A stretch of 64,000 nucleotides of DNA from a virus. Within the stretch, counting starts at the first letter, position 1; every line of letters begins with the position of its first letter. Where the stretch lies: positions 93,808 through 157,807 of IMG/VR virus record IMGVR_UViG_3300008108_000016. One strand, 5' to 3'. The notes under the pieces were generated by a model. It searched no databases. It had not been told where the DNA came from and saw only the letters and a program-made list of their open reading frames with translations. This document shows positions 30,294-40,644 of the stretch, piece after piece. The translations under genes were made by a program, and so were the position numbers.

Positions 30294-31097
30294 ATGGAAA
30301 ACAATACTATTTCGGTAATTTTACCAATTAGAAGCGGAAAAACAGGATTTTTTGAGGAGTATTTTGATAAAGCGATTACTTCATTAAAACAACAATCAAC
30401 ACCAATTGATGAATTAATTATTGTTCATTGTAATGAGACTTATCTAAAGAATCATTTAGATAGTTATGATTTTGGTGATCTAAATGTAAAATTTGAGGAA
30501 TGGACTAAAGATCCTAATTTTGCAGGACAAATTAATCAAGGAGTTAGAGTCTCAGCATCAAAATGGGTTTCTATTTTTGAATTTGATGATGAGTATTCAA
30601 ATATATGGATTAAGAATTTTAAAAAATATGCGGAAATATATCCTGAAGTTGATGCATTCTTACCTATAGTTGTTGATGTAGATGAAAAAGGTGTTTTTGT
30701 TGGTTTCACTAATGAAGCAACATTTGCGGCGAATTTTTCACCTGAAATGGGTATCCTAACAAATGACACTCTATTGAACTATCAGAATTTCCAATTATCA
30801 GGATTGGTTATTAAAAAGGATTCATATGTTGATTATGGAATGTTAAAAACATCATTCAAATTAACATTTGGTTATGAATTCTTATTAAGAATGACTCGTA
30901 ATTCAGTTCGTTTTATGACAATCCCTAAAATCGGTTATAAACACACTAATTTAAGAGAAGGATCCATATTTTGGAATTACAAAAATGGTGATGATAGATT
31001 AAGTGAGGATGAGGTTAGATTTTGGATTGATTCGGCGAAGAAAGAATATTTATATATTAATCAACGAGAAATAAAATATGAACCTCAAGAAGTTTAA
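30294..31097 (+). CDS. GT2 family glycosyltransferase
   Basis: ISVILPI, ELIIV, N.GV, FEFDDEY. Confidence 0.75.
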   Translation: MENNTISVILPIRSGKTGFFEEYFDKAITSLKQQSTPIDELIIVHCNETYLKNHLDSYDFGDLNVKFEEWTKDPNFAGQINQGVRVSASKWVSIFEFDDEYSNIWIKNFKKYAEIYPEVDAFLPIVVDVDEKGVFVGFTNEATFAANFSPEMGILTNDTLLNYQNFQLSGLVIKKDSYVDYGMLKTSFKLTFGYEFLLRMTRNSVRFMTIPKIGYKHTNLREGSIFWNYKNGDDRLSEDEVRFWIDSAKKEYLYINQREIKYEPQEV

Positions 31098-31843
31098 TGA
31101 CTGAAAGTGAAAACATTTTAAACGACACGAATGAAGGTAAAAGAAAAGGAAGAAAAGCAAAGTTAAATAATTATTTTGATGAAAGAGAGGAAAACGCGGT
31201 TAGGATGTACCTAACCGCAACCACTTTTGAAGAAAAAAACAAAATATATAATGATTATTTAAAACATCCTTTAGATAAAATGATATCGTCAATTATAAGA
31301 CGGTATAAATTATACAGAAAAGATATGAACTACGATGAGGTTCATATAGATACCCATTCATTTTTAATGACCAAAATTGATAAGTTTAAACCATCAAAAG
31401 AAAAAAAGGCTTATTCATATTTTGGTACAATTTGTAAAAATTATTTGATGGGTCAAATAATGAAAGATCAAAAAGAAATGAATAGAAAAATATCCTATGA
31501 GGATATTTCTAGTGATCTACAACATAGTCCAGATATGATTTATCATATTGATGATGATACTCTTACAACCGAAGAAATTATAAATAAATTTTTAGGGAGA
31601 TTGAGTGAATCAATGAATGATAAACAAATAACTGAACAAGAAATAAAATTAGGTAAGGCTCTTTATGATATTTTTGAAAATTACAATGAAATTTTTATTG
31701 ATATATCAAATAATAAATTTCATAAGAATGTGATCTTATTTGAACTTCGTGAAATGACAAACCTAACGACTAAAGAAATAAGAAACTCAATAAAGAGGTA
31801 TAAAAAAATATATTTCCAACTAGTACAGGAAATGTTAAAATAA
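31097..31843 (+). CDS. T4 gp55-like late-transcription sigma factor
   Basis: YFD...; KIDKFKPSKEKKAYSYFGTICKNYL resembles sigma region 2 of gp55-like proteins. Confidence 0.65.
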   Translation: MTESENILNDTNEGKRKGRKAKLNNYFDEREENAVRMYLTATTFEEKNKIYNDYLKHPLDKMISSIIRRYKLYRKDMNYDEVHIDTHSFLMTKIDKFKPSKEKKAYSYFGTICKNYLMGQIMKDQKEMNRKISYEDISSDLQHSPDMIYHIDDDTLTTEEIINKFLGRLSESMNDKQITEQEIKLGKALYDIFENYNEIFIDISNNKFHKNVILFELREMTNLTTKEIRNSIKRYKKIYFQLVQEMLK

Positions 31844-31863
31844 ATAATTTAATATTTATTGTT

Positions 31864-32232
31864 ATGGCAAGACCTCAAAAAAAACAAATTAATTTAACAA
31901 AAGAATCAATGTTGTCTCTAATGCAAGAGATCTACAATGAACTTGTTGAGCAAAGAAATACCGCTATCAGGATCCAAAATAAAATGCTCACAATGATGAA
32001 GGAACCTGAAGATATGCAATTAATAGGACCGGTTATTGAAAAACAACAAAAAATAATTAATGATTGTGTTGAAAAGAAACTAACTCTATCTAAATTACAA
32101 TCTCAAATGTGGCAAAAATCAAACGAAAAACAAGAAGAATTTACATTGTCTGATATTGATCTTGATGATGATATTATCAAAACTTTAATAGATAAAGACA
32201 CATCCGATGATAAAAATTATAGATTAAAGTAA
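31864..32232 (+). CDS. Hypothetical coiled-coil protein
   Basis: ORF behind TATTTAT motif. Confidence 0.6.
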   Translation: MARPQKKQINLTKESMLSLMQEIYNELVEQRNTAIRIQNKMLTMMKEPEDMQLIGPVIEKQQKIINDCVEKKLTLSKLQSQMWQKSNEKQEEFTLSDIDLDDDIIKTLIDKDTSDDKNYRLK

Positions 32233-34157
32233 TGGCATTAGATATAAGAGATGGATATGGTTTTATAAAAAAAAAGGTCTCAACAACTCAAACTTATGCT
32301 CAAGTTAGTTCTGATATTGAAGATCTAAAAAAAAGGTCTGGTGATTCTTTAGAATTGGCAAATAAAACTTTGTCCGAACAATTATCAAGTCTAAAAACAA
32401 AAACCGATAATTTCCAAAAAGGAACTGAAAATGTTAAATCCCAATTTGAGGAATTATTAGACTTAAGTAAACTAATATCAAGTGATAGTACCACTAAAGG
32501 TAATTCAAAGACTACTAGGTATTTAAAAAAAATATTTGTTAAATCCTTACAAGAGTTGACATCCCAACTCCCAAATCTTATTAATGAACTTGGGGTAAAG
32601 GCAATAGGATGTTCAGAAGATCAAACATATTTACCAAACCAATCAATTTATATTAAAGTTAAGTCTATTGATTTTATGGGTCTACTTAAAGACGATCCAC
32701 AAAGTGTGGTTGGTAAAATTACCTATGAAAAAAATGATATACAATACAATATATTTCCATTTTCAATGAATAGGGAATTATACGGTAGAACACAAGATAT
32801 AAACCAACCATATTCTGTTCCATCAGGATCTGACTATCTTGGGGTCTCAACTCAAAATTTATTTGACATTACTTATGTAGAGTCATATGTGGATCCGGTA
32901 ACATTACAAACAATAACAGGAAACTTCTTCAAGGTTGATTTAAAACCAAGACAAAATAATCTTGTTACTGAATTTTTAAAAGATTATTACGAAACTATTG
33001 AAGTACTTGATTATAAAAATGTTTTCTCCCATTTGATGGATCAACTTACAGGTGCAATATCAATTGAGAAGGGATATGGTGATGCGGATCTATTGGATAT
33101 CAATAAAGTATTACTAATATTTAAAAGATTAATAGGTTTGTGTTTTGACTCAAATAAAGAAATTGATGTCAGTGGGGTTGCCAAAGTTTCTGAAAACGAC
33201 AATATTGATGAATCATTTTTTGAATTTAATGAAATTGATTTAAGAACATTAGATCAAAAAATTTCAGATATAAAACTGGGAGTCGTTGAGTTTGAGGAAT
33301 GTCAATCGGTCAAATTATCCGTTGATAGTTTATCTATTGTTAATTCAATTAACAATCTAAATTTTATTGATGGTGGAAATAATAATAATCAAATTAATGA
33401 CGCATCTAATTTAACCGATGTTGCAACAAATGGTTTCTTTCCTATCTCAGTAAATATTGATTTTAGTTTTTTAAAGGAATTCCCAAAGTCAATTGCAATG
33501 GCGGTTCTTTCACCGAAAACAGTTTTACCAATTATGGTACTTTCAAAATCAATTGGTAATAATGTTGCAGATGAAATAAATTCATTTGTTGATTTTGTAA
33601 AAAAATTAAAAACATATGTAAGTGAACTAATTACAAAAATTACAGAAGTTTTTGTTAAAATTCTTTTTGATATAATTAAAAAAGATATTAAAGCATTGAT
33701 TAGTAGAATTATCAATAATGTAGCAAAGGAGAAAACAAAAAAATATACCGATATGGTATTATCACTTACCGCATTATTAGTTCAGATTGCAAATATAATT
33801 AAAGATTTTAGAGAGTGTAAAAGTATTATTAATCAATTACAGTCTTTATTGAATAACATACAAACAAGAACAAGCTCACTACCATTACCTTTATTATTGG
33901 CATCAAAATTAAGAAAAGGTTATTCAAAAACGGGAGCATTTTTGAGAGTAATAAAAGAATTTGAGGAACTTGGATTACCAACCGGCCCTATGCCTGATGG
34001 TAGCCCTAATTTAATGTTAGCCGCAGCAAAGGCAATAATCAATGGTATTGATGATGAAATGACTGAAAACGGAAGGGTGGATATTGCAATCCCTCCTCTT
34101 AGCATAACACCAGTTTTCATTACAGTACCAAATGTAGGATCAGGAGTCGTAATGTAA
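32232..34157 (+). CDS. Large hypothetical protein (probably structural)
   Basis: Long ORF in late operon upstream of baseplate spike. Confidence 0.5.
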   Translation: MALDIRDGYGFIKKKVSTTQTYAQVSSDIEDLKKRSGDSLELANKTLSEQLSSLKTKTDNFQKGTENVKSQFEELLDLSKLISSDSTTKGNSKTTRYLKKIFVKSLQELTSQLPNLINELGVKAIGCSEDQTYLPNQSIYIKVKSIDFMGLLKDDPQSVVGKITYEKNDIQYNIFPFSMNRELYGRTQDINQPYSVPSGSDYLGVSTQNLFDITYVESYVDPVTLQTITGNFFKVDLKPRQNNLVTEFLKDYYETIEVLDYKNVFSHLMDQLTGAISIEKGYGDADLLDINKVLLIFKRLIGLCFDSNKEIDVSGVAKVSENDNIDESFFEFNEIDLRTLDQKISDIKLGVVEFEECQSVKLSVDSLSIVNSINNLNFIDGGNNNNQINDASNLTDVATNGFFPISVNIDFSFLKEFPKSIAMAVLSPKTVLPIMVLSKSIGNNVADEINSFVDFVKKLKTYVSELITKITEVFVKILFDIIKKDIKALISRIINNVAKEKTKKYTDMVLSLTALLVQIANIIKDFRECKSIINQLQSLLNNIQTRTSSLPLPLLLASKLRKGYSKTGAFLRVIKEFEELGLPTGPMPDGSPNLMLAAAKAIINGIDDEMTENGRVDIAIPPLSITPVFITVPNVGSGVVM

Positions 34158-34159
34158 TT

Positions 34160-34372
34160 ATGGAAAAAATAGAATCATCAAAAATAGTGGAAATTATTAA
34201 AGAACATAAATCAAGTTCTAATAGTGATTTAAAATTAGCAATGGACTTCATTCAAAAAGATTTTGAATTAACAAAAGAAACAATTATAAAATTAACAAAT
34301 CATTTAGATAAATTGGAGGTCAGTTATAATACACTATTAAGAGAATATCAATCAAGAAATGGAACAAAATAA
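34160..34372 (+). CDS. Small coiled-coil protein
   Basis: Operon ORF. Confidence 0.55.
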   Translation: MEKIESSKIVEIIKEHKSSSNSDLKLAMDFIQKDFELTKETIIKLTNHLDKLEVSYNTLLREYQSRNGTK

Positions 34373-35915
34373 AATAATATATTATGGTAAGGTTATTTCA
34401 GTAAACGATCCAAAAGGTATCGGTCGTTTACGTATTGAACCTCAAACCGAGATAATAAAATATGTTTACCCAAATGATTTTGTGTTTGGTGTTGATGAAT
34501 GGACAAATAAAGATCCATTGTGTTTTCTTCCATTAATACCTTACTTTTTTTGGCAAACACCAAAAGTTGGTGAATTTGTTAATATAATTTACGCCAATAA
34601 AGAAGAAAGGTATGATGCAAACAAATTTTACATACAAGGCCCGGTATCAAGACCATGGAACAACAAATTTGAGGATTATACCAACTCACAATCTGTTATG
34701 GCAAGTGGTGAGAATTTTAAACAATCCGAATCAATAATTGATCCACAATCAGGTAAAGTTAGAGTTACTTTAGAAGGGGTATACCCAAAACCAGGAGATA
34801 ACGCTATTCTTGGTAGAGGTAGTAGTGATATTATTTTGGTTGAGAACGATCTTGATGGATCATCAAACGTATTAGTAAGATCAGGTAAATATTTAAGATC
34901 TGGTAATGATAATATTCCTGTGGTTAAAAATGATAAGAGAGGATTCTTCCAATTATCAAGTTATGAGTTAGAAAATATTGATGCGGGAACAAGTACTGTA
35001 ATAAGTGAAAATTATGAAGATATATCAACAAGTATGTACGTTGAGTGGTCAATTGACAATTTATCCTCAACCGCAACCACTTATGATTGTACAATCAATT
35101 TATATAAATTACCTAAAGATAATCAAAATACTAAAGTATCAAATATAAATGAGTCTATTGATGTTTTATCGGGTTTAACAATAAATCCACTTTACACATT
35201 ACAATTCACAGGAAAAACATTAGACGAATCATCCGAAATAGTTAATAACTTTATAAAAGGTGTTAATGAAGGTAAAATACAGATTCTTCCATATGTAAAT
35301 TATCCTGCGGGAAATAGTTTAAAAATGGATAATCAGTTTCCATTTTTTTATGGGCCTAAGAAAGAAACTTATTCTTATTTATTGAGTGATTTATCATTAA
35401 CACAGTTATCGGACTTATCTGCCAAATCAAAAGTTATAGAACTTTACAATAAAATAACTTTAAGTGAGGGTTATAAAGAAAAAGGGTCAGGTTTAGTATG
35501 GACTTATACCCCACCAAAATTAGGGATATTAAAAAATATTAGTATTACCGAAGTAAATAAAAGAGATTATCTTGTTAATCCAGTAACATATTCTGTTATG
35601 GGATCAGATAAGATTTATTTATTATCTCACAGATCTACAGACAAATTCACAATAGATTTAAAAGATACATTATATGGAATACCTCAATCAAAGTTGGCGG
35701 TAGAAATTGAGAACAAAACAAATTCAATGGTTAGAGGTGAAGAACTAATTGATCTTTTAAAACTAATTGTTAGATTTTTAACATCCCATGTTCATGCGTT
35801 TCCTGGTGTACAACCAACGCAGATATCTAAAGACGGGACGCAAATACAAGAGATCCTTTCCAAACTTGCAAATGCTGATAATACGATATTAAATAAAAAT
35901 ATTCGTATTAATTGA
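34359..35915 (+). CDS. Baseplate hub/central spike (gp5/gpV-like)
   Basis: N-terminal OB-fold motif GKVISVNDPKGIGRLRI...PKVGEFV; C-terminal HVH (HxH) spike-tip motif. Confidence 0.7.
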   Translation: MEQNKIIYYGKVISVNDPKGIGRLRIEPQTEIIKYVYPNDFVFGVDEWTNKDPLCFLPLIPYFFWQTPKVGEFVNIIYANKEERYDANKFYIQGPVSRPWNNKFEDYTNSQSVMASGENFKQSESIIDPQSGKVRVTLEGVYPKPGDNAILGRGSSDIILVENDLDGSSNVLVRSGKYLRSGNDNIPVVKNDKRGFFQLSSYELENIDAGTSTVISENYEDISTSMYVEWSIDNLSSTATTYDCTINLYKLPKDNQNTKVSNINESIDVLSGLTINPLYTLQFTGKTLDESSEIVNNFIKGVNEGKIQILPYVNYPAGNSLKMDNQFPFFYGPKKETYSYLLSDLSLTQLSDLSAKSKVIELYNKITLSEGYKEKGSGLVWTYTPPKLGILKNISITEVNKRDYLVNPVTYSVMGSDKIYLLSHRSTDKFTIDLKDTLYGIPQSKLAVEIENKTNSMVRGEELIDLLKLIVRFLTSHVHAFPGVQPTQISKDGTQIQEILSKLANADNTILNKNIRIN

Positions 35916-35936
35916 TATTTATATTAAAAAGTGTAA

Positions 35937-37403
35937 ATGTCAATTAATAATTCTTATTTCAGTAGAAACAATACAATAATATCCAATAGTTATACCAACA
36001 CAGGTAGAAACCCTGTTATGGAATTATTTTATGGTAATGGTGGTATTGCCAATCCTATTGGGTTTAGTCGTTTTATTTTTGATTTAGATTTAGATCTACT
36101 CAAAGAAAAATATAGTGATGGTACAATAGGTGATTGTAATAACAGTGTTGCTCATACATTAAGAATGACAAATACCTCATTCTTTGATAAAGATTTGTTA
36201 AATACATACACATCCACAGGTAGATTAAGAGCAACATCATTTGATTTAATTTTATTTAGAATACCATATAGAGATTTAGATCCTGATCAACCTCAAAATT
36301 GGGATGAAGGTGTGGGTTATGATTTTGCTGATTTATTAACACAAATACCAAGTGATAAGAATTATTCTGATAGACCGTCAAATTGGTATCAAACAACAAC
36401 CATAGGTACTTGGGAACAACCAGGTATATATAGTAATACAAATACAGGTGCATTTAATTACAACCAACTACAAATAGTTGACATTCATCACTTTGAATTT
36501 GGGGATGAAAACATTGAGTTCAATATGACTCAAGAAATAAACAATATATTAAATGGATCATTTGATAATCCTGTTGGTTGGGGTATTGCTTATTTACCTC
36601 AATTAGAAAACTTAACAGGAACAACAGGTACATATGAAGTTGGGTTTTTCACAAGACATACTCAAACATTTTATGAACCATTTTTGGAAACAACATATGA
36701 CGATTTGATTGATGACGATAGAAATACGTTTTCATTGGGTAAATCAAATAAACTTTATCTATATGTTTATGAAGATGGTGAATTTAAAAATTTAGACTCA
36801 AATCCACTTGTAACAATTAGTGATCAAAATGGGGATCCAATAACAGGATTGATTAATTTACCAAGTTGTAGAAAAACAAAAGGTATTTATGAAATTACTT
36901 TACCACCTTTTTCACCTGCGGCTTACAAAACACCTTGTATATTTACCGATACTTGGAGTAGTTTAAGTTTGAACGGGTTCCCAATGCCAACAGTTGAGAA
37001 TGAGTTCACAATATACCCACTAAAGAAATCAGTCCAAATTGGAACTGACTCTAAACAACCTGAAATGTATGGTTTTGATTATTACGGGATAAAACAAGAT
37101 GAGAAAATATTAAACACCGATGTTAGAAAAGTTGGTGTTATTATTAAAAAGGCATATACAACAAATCATATGTTACAACCAAATGTATCTGCATATTATA
37201 GAGTATATGTTAAAGAGGGGTCAACAGAAGTTCAAGTTCAAGATTGGACAAGAATTAATAGAACACCAAATGAATATTATTTCATTTTTGATACAAGAGA
37301 TAAAATACCTAATGAATATTTTATTGATCTAAAGGTTACTTCTTCGGGTGAGGTAAATACTTATAAAAAACAGATTAAGTTTCAAATAGTTAATCGCAAA
37401 TAA
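35937..37403 (+). CDS. Virion structural protein
   Basis: Beta-rich, W.EG.G and FFTRHT motifs, late motif upstream. Confidence 0.5.
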   Translation: MSINNSYFSRNNTIISNSYTNTGRNPVMELFYGNGGIANPIGFSRFIFDLDLDLLKEKYSDGTIGDCNNSVAHTLRMTNTSFFDKDLLNTYTSTGRLRATSFDLILFRIPYRDLDPDQPQNWDEGVGYDFADLLTQIPSDKNYSDRPSNWYQTTTIGTWEQPGIYSNTNTGAFNYNQLQIVDIHHFEFGDENIEFNMTQEINNILNGSFDNPVGWGIAYLPQLENLTGTTGTYEVGFFTRHTQTFYEPFLETTYDDLIDDDRNTFSLGKSNKLYLYVYEDGEFKNLDSNPLVTISDQNGDPITGLINLPSCRKTKGIYEITLPPFSPAAYKTPCIFTDTWSSLSLNGFPMPTVENEFTIYPLKKSVQIGTDSKQPEMYGFDYYGIKQDEKILNTDVRKVGVIIKKAYTTNHMLQPNVSAYYRVYVKEGSTEVQVQDWTRINRTPNEYYFIFDTRDKIPNEYFIDLKVTSSGEVNTYKKQIKFQIVNRK

Positions 37404-37437
37404 AATTAATTAAGATATTTATAAATAAAAAGAAATT

Positions 37438-38043
37438 ATGGGCATTTATTTTGTAACAGATTGTTTTAGTGGTAATACATATGAAGTTGACTTTGGGTCT
37501 TTTGAGGTCAACCCATTAGAGGTGTGGTCATTCTCAGGTGTTGGTGGTACATTATATTGTGGAACTATTAATGAGGGCGAACAACCAACCGTATCCGAAT
37601 ATACCGGTATAACACAATATACTGATTGTTATGATTGTTTTACTGGAAGTGGAATTAGTGTTTTAATGGAAGAATGTAATAGTCTATTTGGTTATTATCA
37701 AAATCCTTCATTTTTCACATCTATTCCTAATATTGGTGATGTTTATAAATTTTGCTCACCGTTTGAGTCGGCCGATTGTTATTGTTTTAAAGTTTTAGGA
37801 TTTGCGTTTGGTGAGAGTATTGATCCTATTTACGCTGGTGGGCCGTTTACCGATTGTTTTACTTGTCAAAACCCACCTACTAGTGCAGGAACAGAGGTTT
37901 TCTTATGTGAGCAAATATGTACAGAATCAGGAACAACAGTAGTAAGTGTGGTTGCTCCTCACCCAGTATGGACTAATGGTTACGGAGGTGAAGTAACTCA
38001 ATTAAATATGATTACCCTTGGTGGTAATGGATTAAACTCGTAA
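37438..38043 (+). CDS. Cys-rich repeat protein
   Basis: Repeated (Y/F)TDCxxC units. Confidence 0.55.
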   Translation: MGIYFVTDCFSGNTYEVDFGSFEVNPLEVWSFSGVGGTLYCGTINEGEQPTVSEYTGITQYTDCYDCFTGSGISVLMEECNSLFGYYQNPSFFTSIPNIGDVYKFCSPFESADCYCFKVLGFAFGESIDPIYAGGPFTDCFTCQNPPTSAGTEVFLCEQICTESGTTVVSVVAPHPVWTNGYGGEVTQLNMITLGGNGLNS

Positions 38044-38047
38044 TAAC

Positions 38048-38527
38048 ATGAAGAAAATAATTAATTTAACCGAATCAGATTTAAATAGGATTATAAAAAG
38101 AGTTCTTAATGAAGGTAATGAAGAAAGCAATCGTTATATGTTTTTCTCAAATCTACAACAAATACGAAGACAATGTGATATGTTATTAGAAATGGATCAA
38201 TCTATGATTGAGGGAATTCTTGAAAACGGTCATGATTGGGCTCAAGACCATATTGCTGAAGCAAAAAACAATATGGATCAGGTATTTGATTTTCTTATGA
38301 ATGAAACTAAAAATGATGATATGTCCATGGATTATGATGATGACATGGTCATGATGGAAGGTCGTAAGAAAACAGGTACAAAGTTGTGTGCTAGAGGTAT
38401 CGCTTCAGCCAAGGCTAAATATGATGTTCACCCCTCTGCCTATAGTAATGGACACGCTGTTCAAGTTTGTAAAGGAAAGATTAAAGGTTTGGACGGGAAA
38501 AAAAGATGTTCAGGTGCTTTTTGTTAA
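38048..38527 (+). CDS. Leader-bearing protein with C-terminal PSAY domain (DUF5872-like part)
   Basis: MKKIINLTESDLNRIIKRVLNE leader; LCARG...AKAKYDVHPSAYSNGHAVQVCKG. Confidence 0.55.
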   Translation: MKKIINLTESDLNRIIKRVLNEGNEESNRYMFFSNLQQIRRQCDMLLEMDQSMIEGILENGHDWAQDHIAEAKNNMDQVFDFLMNETKNDDMSMDYDDDMVMMEGRKKTGTKLCARGIASAKAKYDVHPSAYSNGHAVQVCKGKIKGLDGKKRCSGAFC

Positions 38528-38560
38528 TTTGACTTTTTAACTACAATTTACTTATATTTA
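38528..38560 (+). promoter_or_regulatory. Bacteroidota-type -33/-7 promoter (one mismatch)
   Basis: TTTG-N21-TATATTTA upstream of 38574. Confidence 0.45.
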
Positions 38561-38573
38561 AAACAAAAAAGAT

Positions 38574-39005
38574 ATGAGTAAAGTCGGTAAATGGTTTTCA
38601 AGAGTAGTAAAACGTACAAAAATGAAGTTTTATTTGTGGTCAAAAGGAGTTTCAATTGCCCCACAATATGAAGAGAAACCGTCATTGTACGAAAAAGTAT
38701 CATTCAAAATTTGTTTAAAATGTATCAATCATAAAGACTCTGAATTCATGATTGATCCGATCACCGATAAAAGATACATTAGAAATGATGAATTAAGTAT
38801 TTTTATTACTCTATCAGAGAATAGAGTTGATATAACTAATCACGTTTATCATTATAGTGTAAAATTAACCAATAGAGATTGGTCAAGAATTCTATTCATA
38901 TTTGATAAAGAAACAAATAAAAGAAGAGTTGATATGGAAAATACTGTGAATTCTCAAATTAAGAATTCACTTAATGATGTGTATGAAAGAATATCAAAAA
39001 TGTAA
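38574..39005 (+). CDS. Hypothetical phage protein
   Basis: ORF with own promoter-like element. Confidence 0.6.
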   Translation: MSKVGKWFSRVVKRTKMKFYLWSKGVSIAPQYEEKPSLYEKVSFKICLKCINHKDSEFMIDPITDKRYIRNDELSIFITLSENRVDITNHVYHYSVKLTNRDWSRILFIFDKETNKRRVDMENTVNSQIKNSLNDVYERISKM

Positions 39006-39007
39006 TT

Positions 39008-39946
39008 TTACTTTCTTAATTCAGATAATATTAATTGAATTAATTCTGATTCAGTTATTCTAATTACATTTTCATTTGTACTCTTTTTTGGTTTATAAGA
39101 AGTCATTATTGGTTTTTGACCTTTACCTGTTTGGGTATCCTTTTTCTCGGCTTTTCTTTTTTGTTGGCAAGCAGATCTTTTTTCACTATCACTCATTTTA
39201 CCCGCAACACCAGCGGCACGACATTTAGGATACGCCCCCTTACTTGTATCAGGTCTTCCACAAGGAGGATGTTTTCCATCAACTTTCCTACAAATATTTA
39301 CCCAAGGCCCTTTTGGTTGTTTGGATCCTTTTGGTTTTTTCTTTTTGCCAAACCAAACGGCAAGATCTTCATTAATGGTATGAACGTCATGTTCTTCTTG
39401 TTTAAAAGTCCCATCTGAATTTTTTTCCCAAACACCAACTTGTTTTTTTATATTATTTTTCATTGTTTTTTTCTTTTTTTCATGATTTACTTTAATATCC
39501 ACAAAATCCGTAAATGGTGCTAAAGTATGGTTTTTCCATTTCTTTAAACCCAATTCTATTGGCCCTGTATATTCACCAGCAGAGATTGATGTTGTATTTT
39601 CTTTTAATGGAACTATTTTTTTACCTTTACCCGGTGTTGGGTTTATTATATTACCATCATCATCGGATGAGGTTGATTCAGGATGTTTTTTTATAAAATT
39701 TTGGATTTTTGATGCCTGTTTTTCTAATTTACTAATTTGACCTCTTCTTAAATCCCAACTATGGTCATAACTATCATATTGCACAAGTGGACTTTTATAA
39801 TCTGAAACAGATACATTAAAAGGATCTAATGAAGATTTTTCAAAGGGTCTTAATCCAGCGGTTAAAGGTGCAATATATGTTCCTCTAGATCCGCTAGTTG
39901 ATGTTGCTTCAAACAACACTCTTTTAATAATTTCCTTTATATTCAT
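39008..39946 (-). CDS. Leader-bearing protein with DUF5872-like WF/WV-CGR-YPKC domain
   Basis: Likely start MNIKEIIKRVLFE (39946); EDLAVWF...WVNIC...PCGR...YPKCR. Confidence 0.55.
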   Translation of the reverse strand: MNIKEIIKRVLFEATSTSGSRGTYIAPLTAGLRPFEKSSLDPFNVSVSDYKSPLVQYDSYDHSWDLRRGQISKLEKQASKIQNFIKKHPESTSSDDDGNIINPTPGKGKKIVPLKENTTSISAGEYTGPIELGLKKWKNHTLAPFTDFVDIKVNHEKKKKTMKNNIKKQVGVWEKNSDGTFKQEEHDVHTINEDLAVWFGKKKKPKGSKQPKGPWVNICRKVDGKHPPCGRPDTSKGAYPKCRAAGVAGKMSDSEKRSACQQKRKAEKKDTQTGKGQKPIMTSYKPKKSTNENVIRITESELIQLILSELRK

Positions 39947-39987
39947 AAAATAGTTAACTATACTTATAAATATAAAACTATTGATAA

Positions 39988-40203
39988 ATGGAAGAAAATA
40001 ATATTGAAATATATGGTAATTTATTCGGATCAATTAATCTTTTGTCTGAAGATCACTTAGATATGATATTATCTACTATGGATAAAGAACACTCAATTTA
40101 TTATTTGGTTGAGTCAGTTAAATCGGCTCATAAAAAAGGTGCTTTTACTTTAGGTGAATCTGAAGTAATATCTAAATCAATTAGAATCCTTTCTAAGGGA
40201 TAA
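39988..40203 (+). CDS. Hypothetical phage protein
   Basis: Divergent small ORF with phage-like composition. Confidence 0.55.
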   Translation: MEENNIEIYGNLFGSINLLSEDHLDMILSTMDKEHSIYYLVESVKSAHKKGAFTLGESEVISKSIRILSKG

Positions 40204-40644
40204 TTTCCTTACGTATAACAACATATTTAGATGAAAGAGACATAAGACCTCAATTGACCATGTTTCCATCCAATACATCCCAAAAAAAGACCATATAGGA
40301 ATTGACATTAGATATAATGCGGAATAAAATTTAAATCGTTTGGTCTCAAATAGTGGGAACAAACAAGAAATAAAAAATAATACCGCCAAAACATTATGTA
40401 TATCTTTAAATTGAGACACGGAAAAGGCGGTTAAAAATAATAATAACACCGAAGAAATTTTCCACTTTGGTAAATCAAAAAAGAAATAACTAACACAAGC
40501 ATTTGTTATTATAAATAAAGGTTGGAGAATGGTTTCCCAAGATGATGAAATGGATGGAATATCTCCACATACCCAATAAATTATAAAAGGTTGTAACATA
40601 GCCATTAAAACTACAAACAACCTTCTATAATAATCAAATAACAT
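40177..40644 (-). CDS. Integral membrane protein
   Basis: About 5-6 hydrophobic segments; SISSSW, H..LA.LFF. Confidence 0.65.
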   Translation of the reverse strand: MLFDYYRRLFVVLMAMLQPFIIYWVCGDIPSISSSWETILQPLFIITNACVSYFFFDLPKWKISSVLLLFLTAFSVSQFKDIHNVLAVLFFISCLFPLFETKRFKFYSALYLMSIPIWSFFGMYWMETWSIEVLCLFHLNMLLYVRKLSLRKDSN

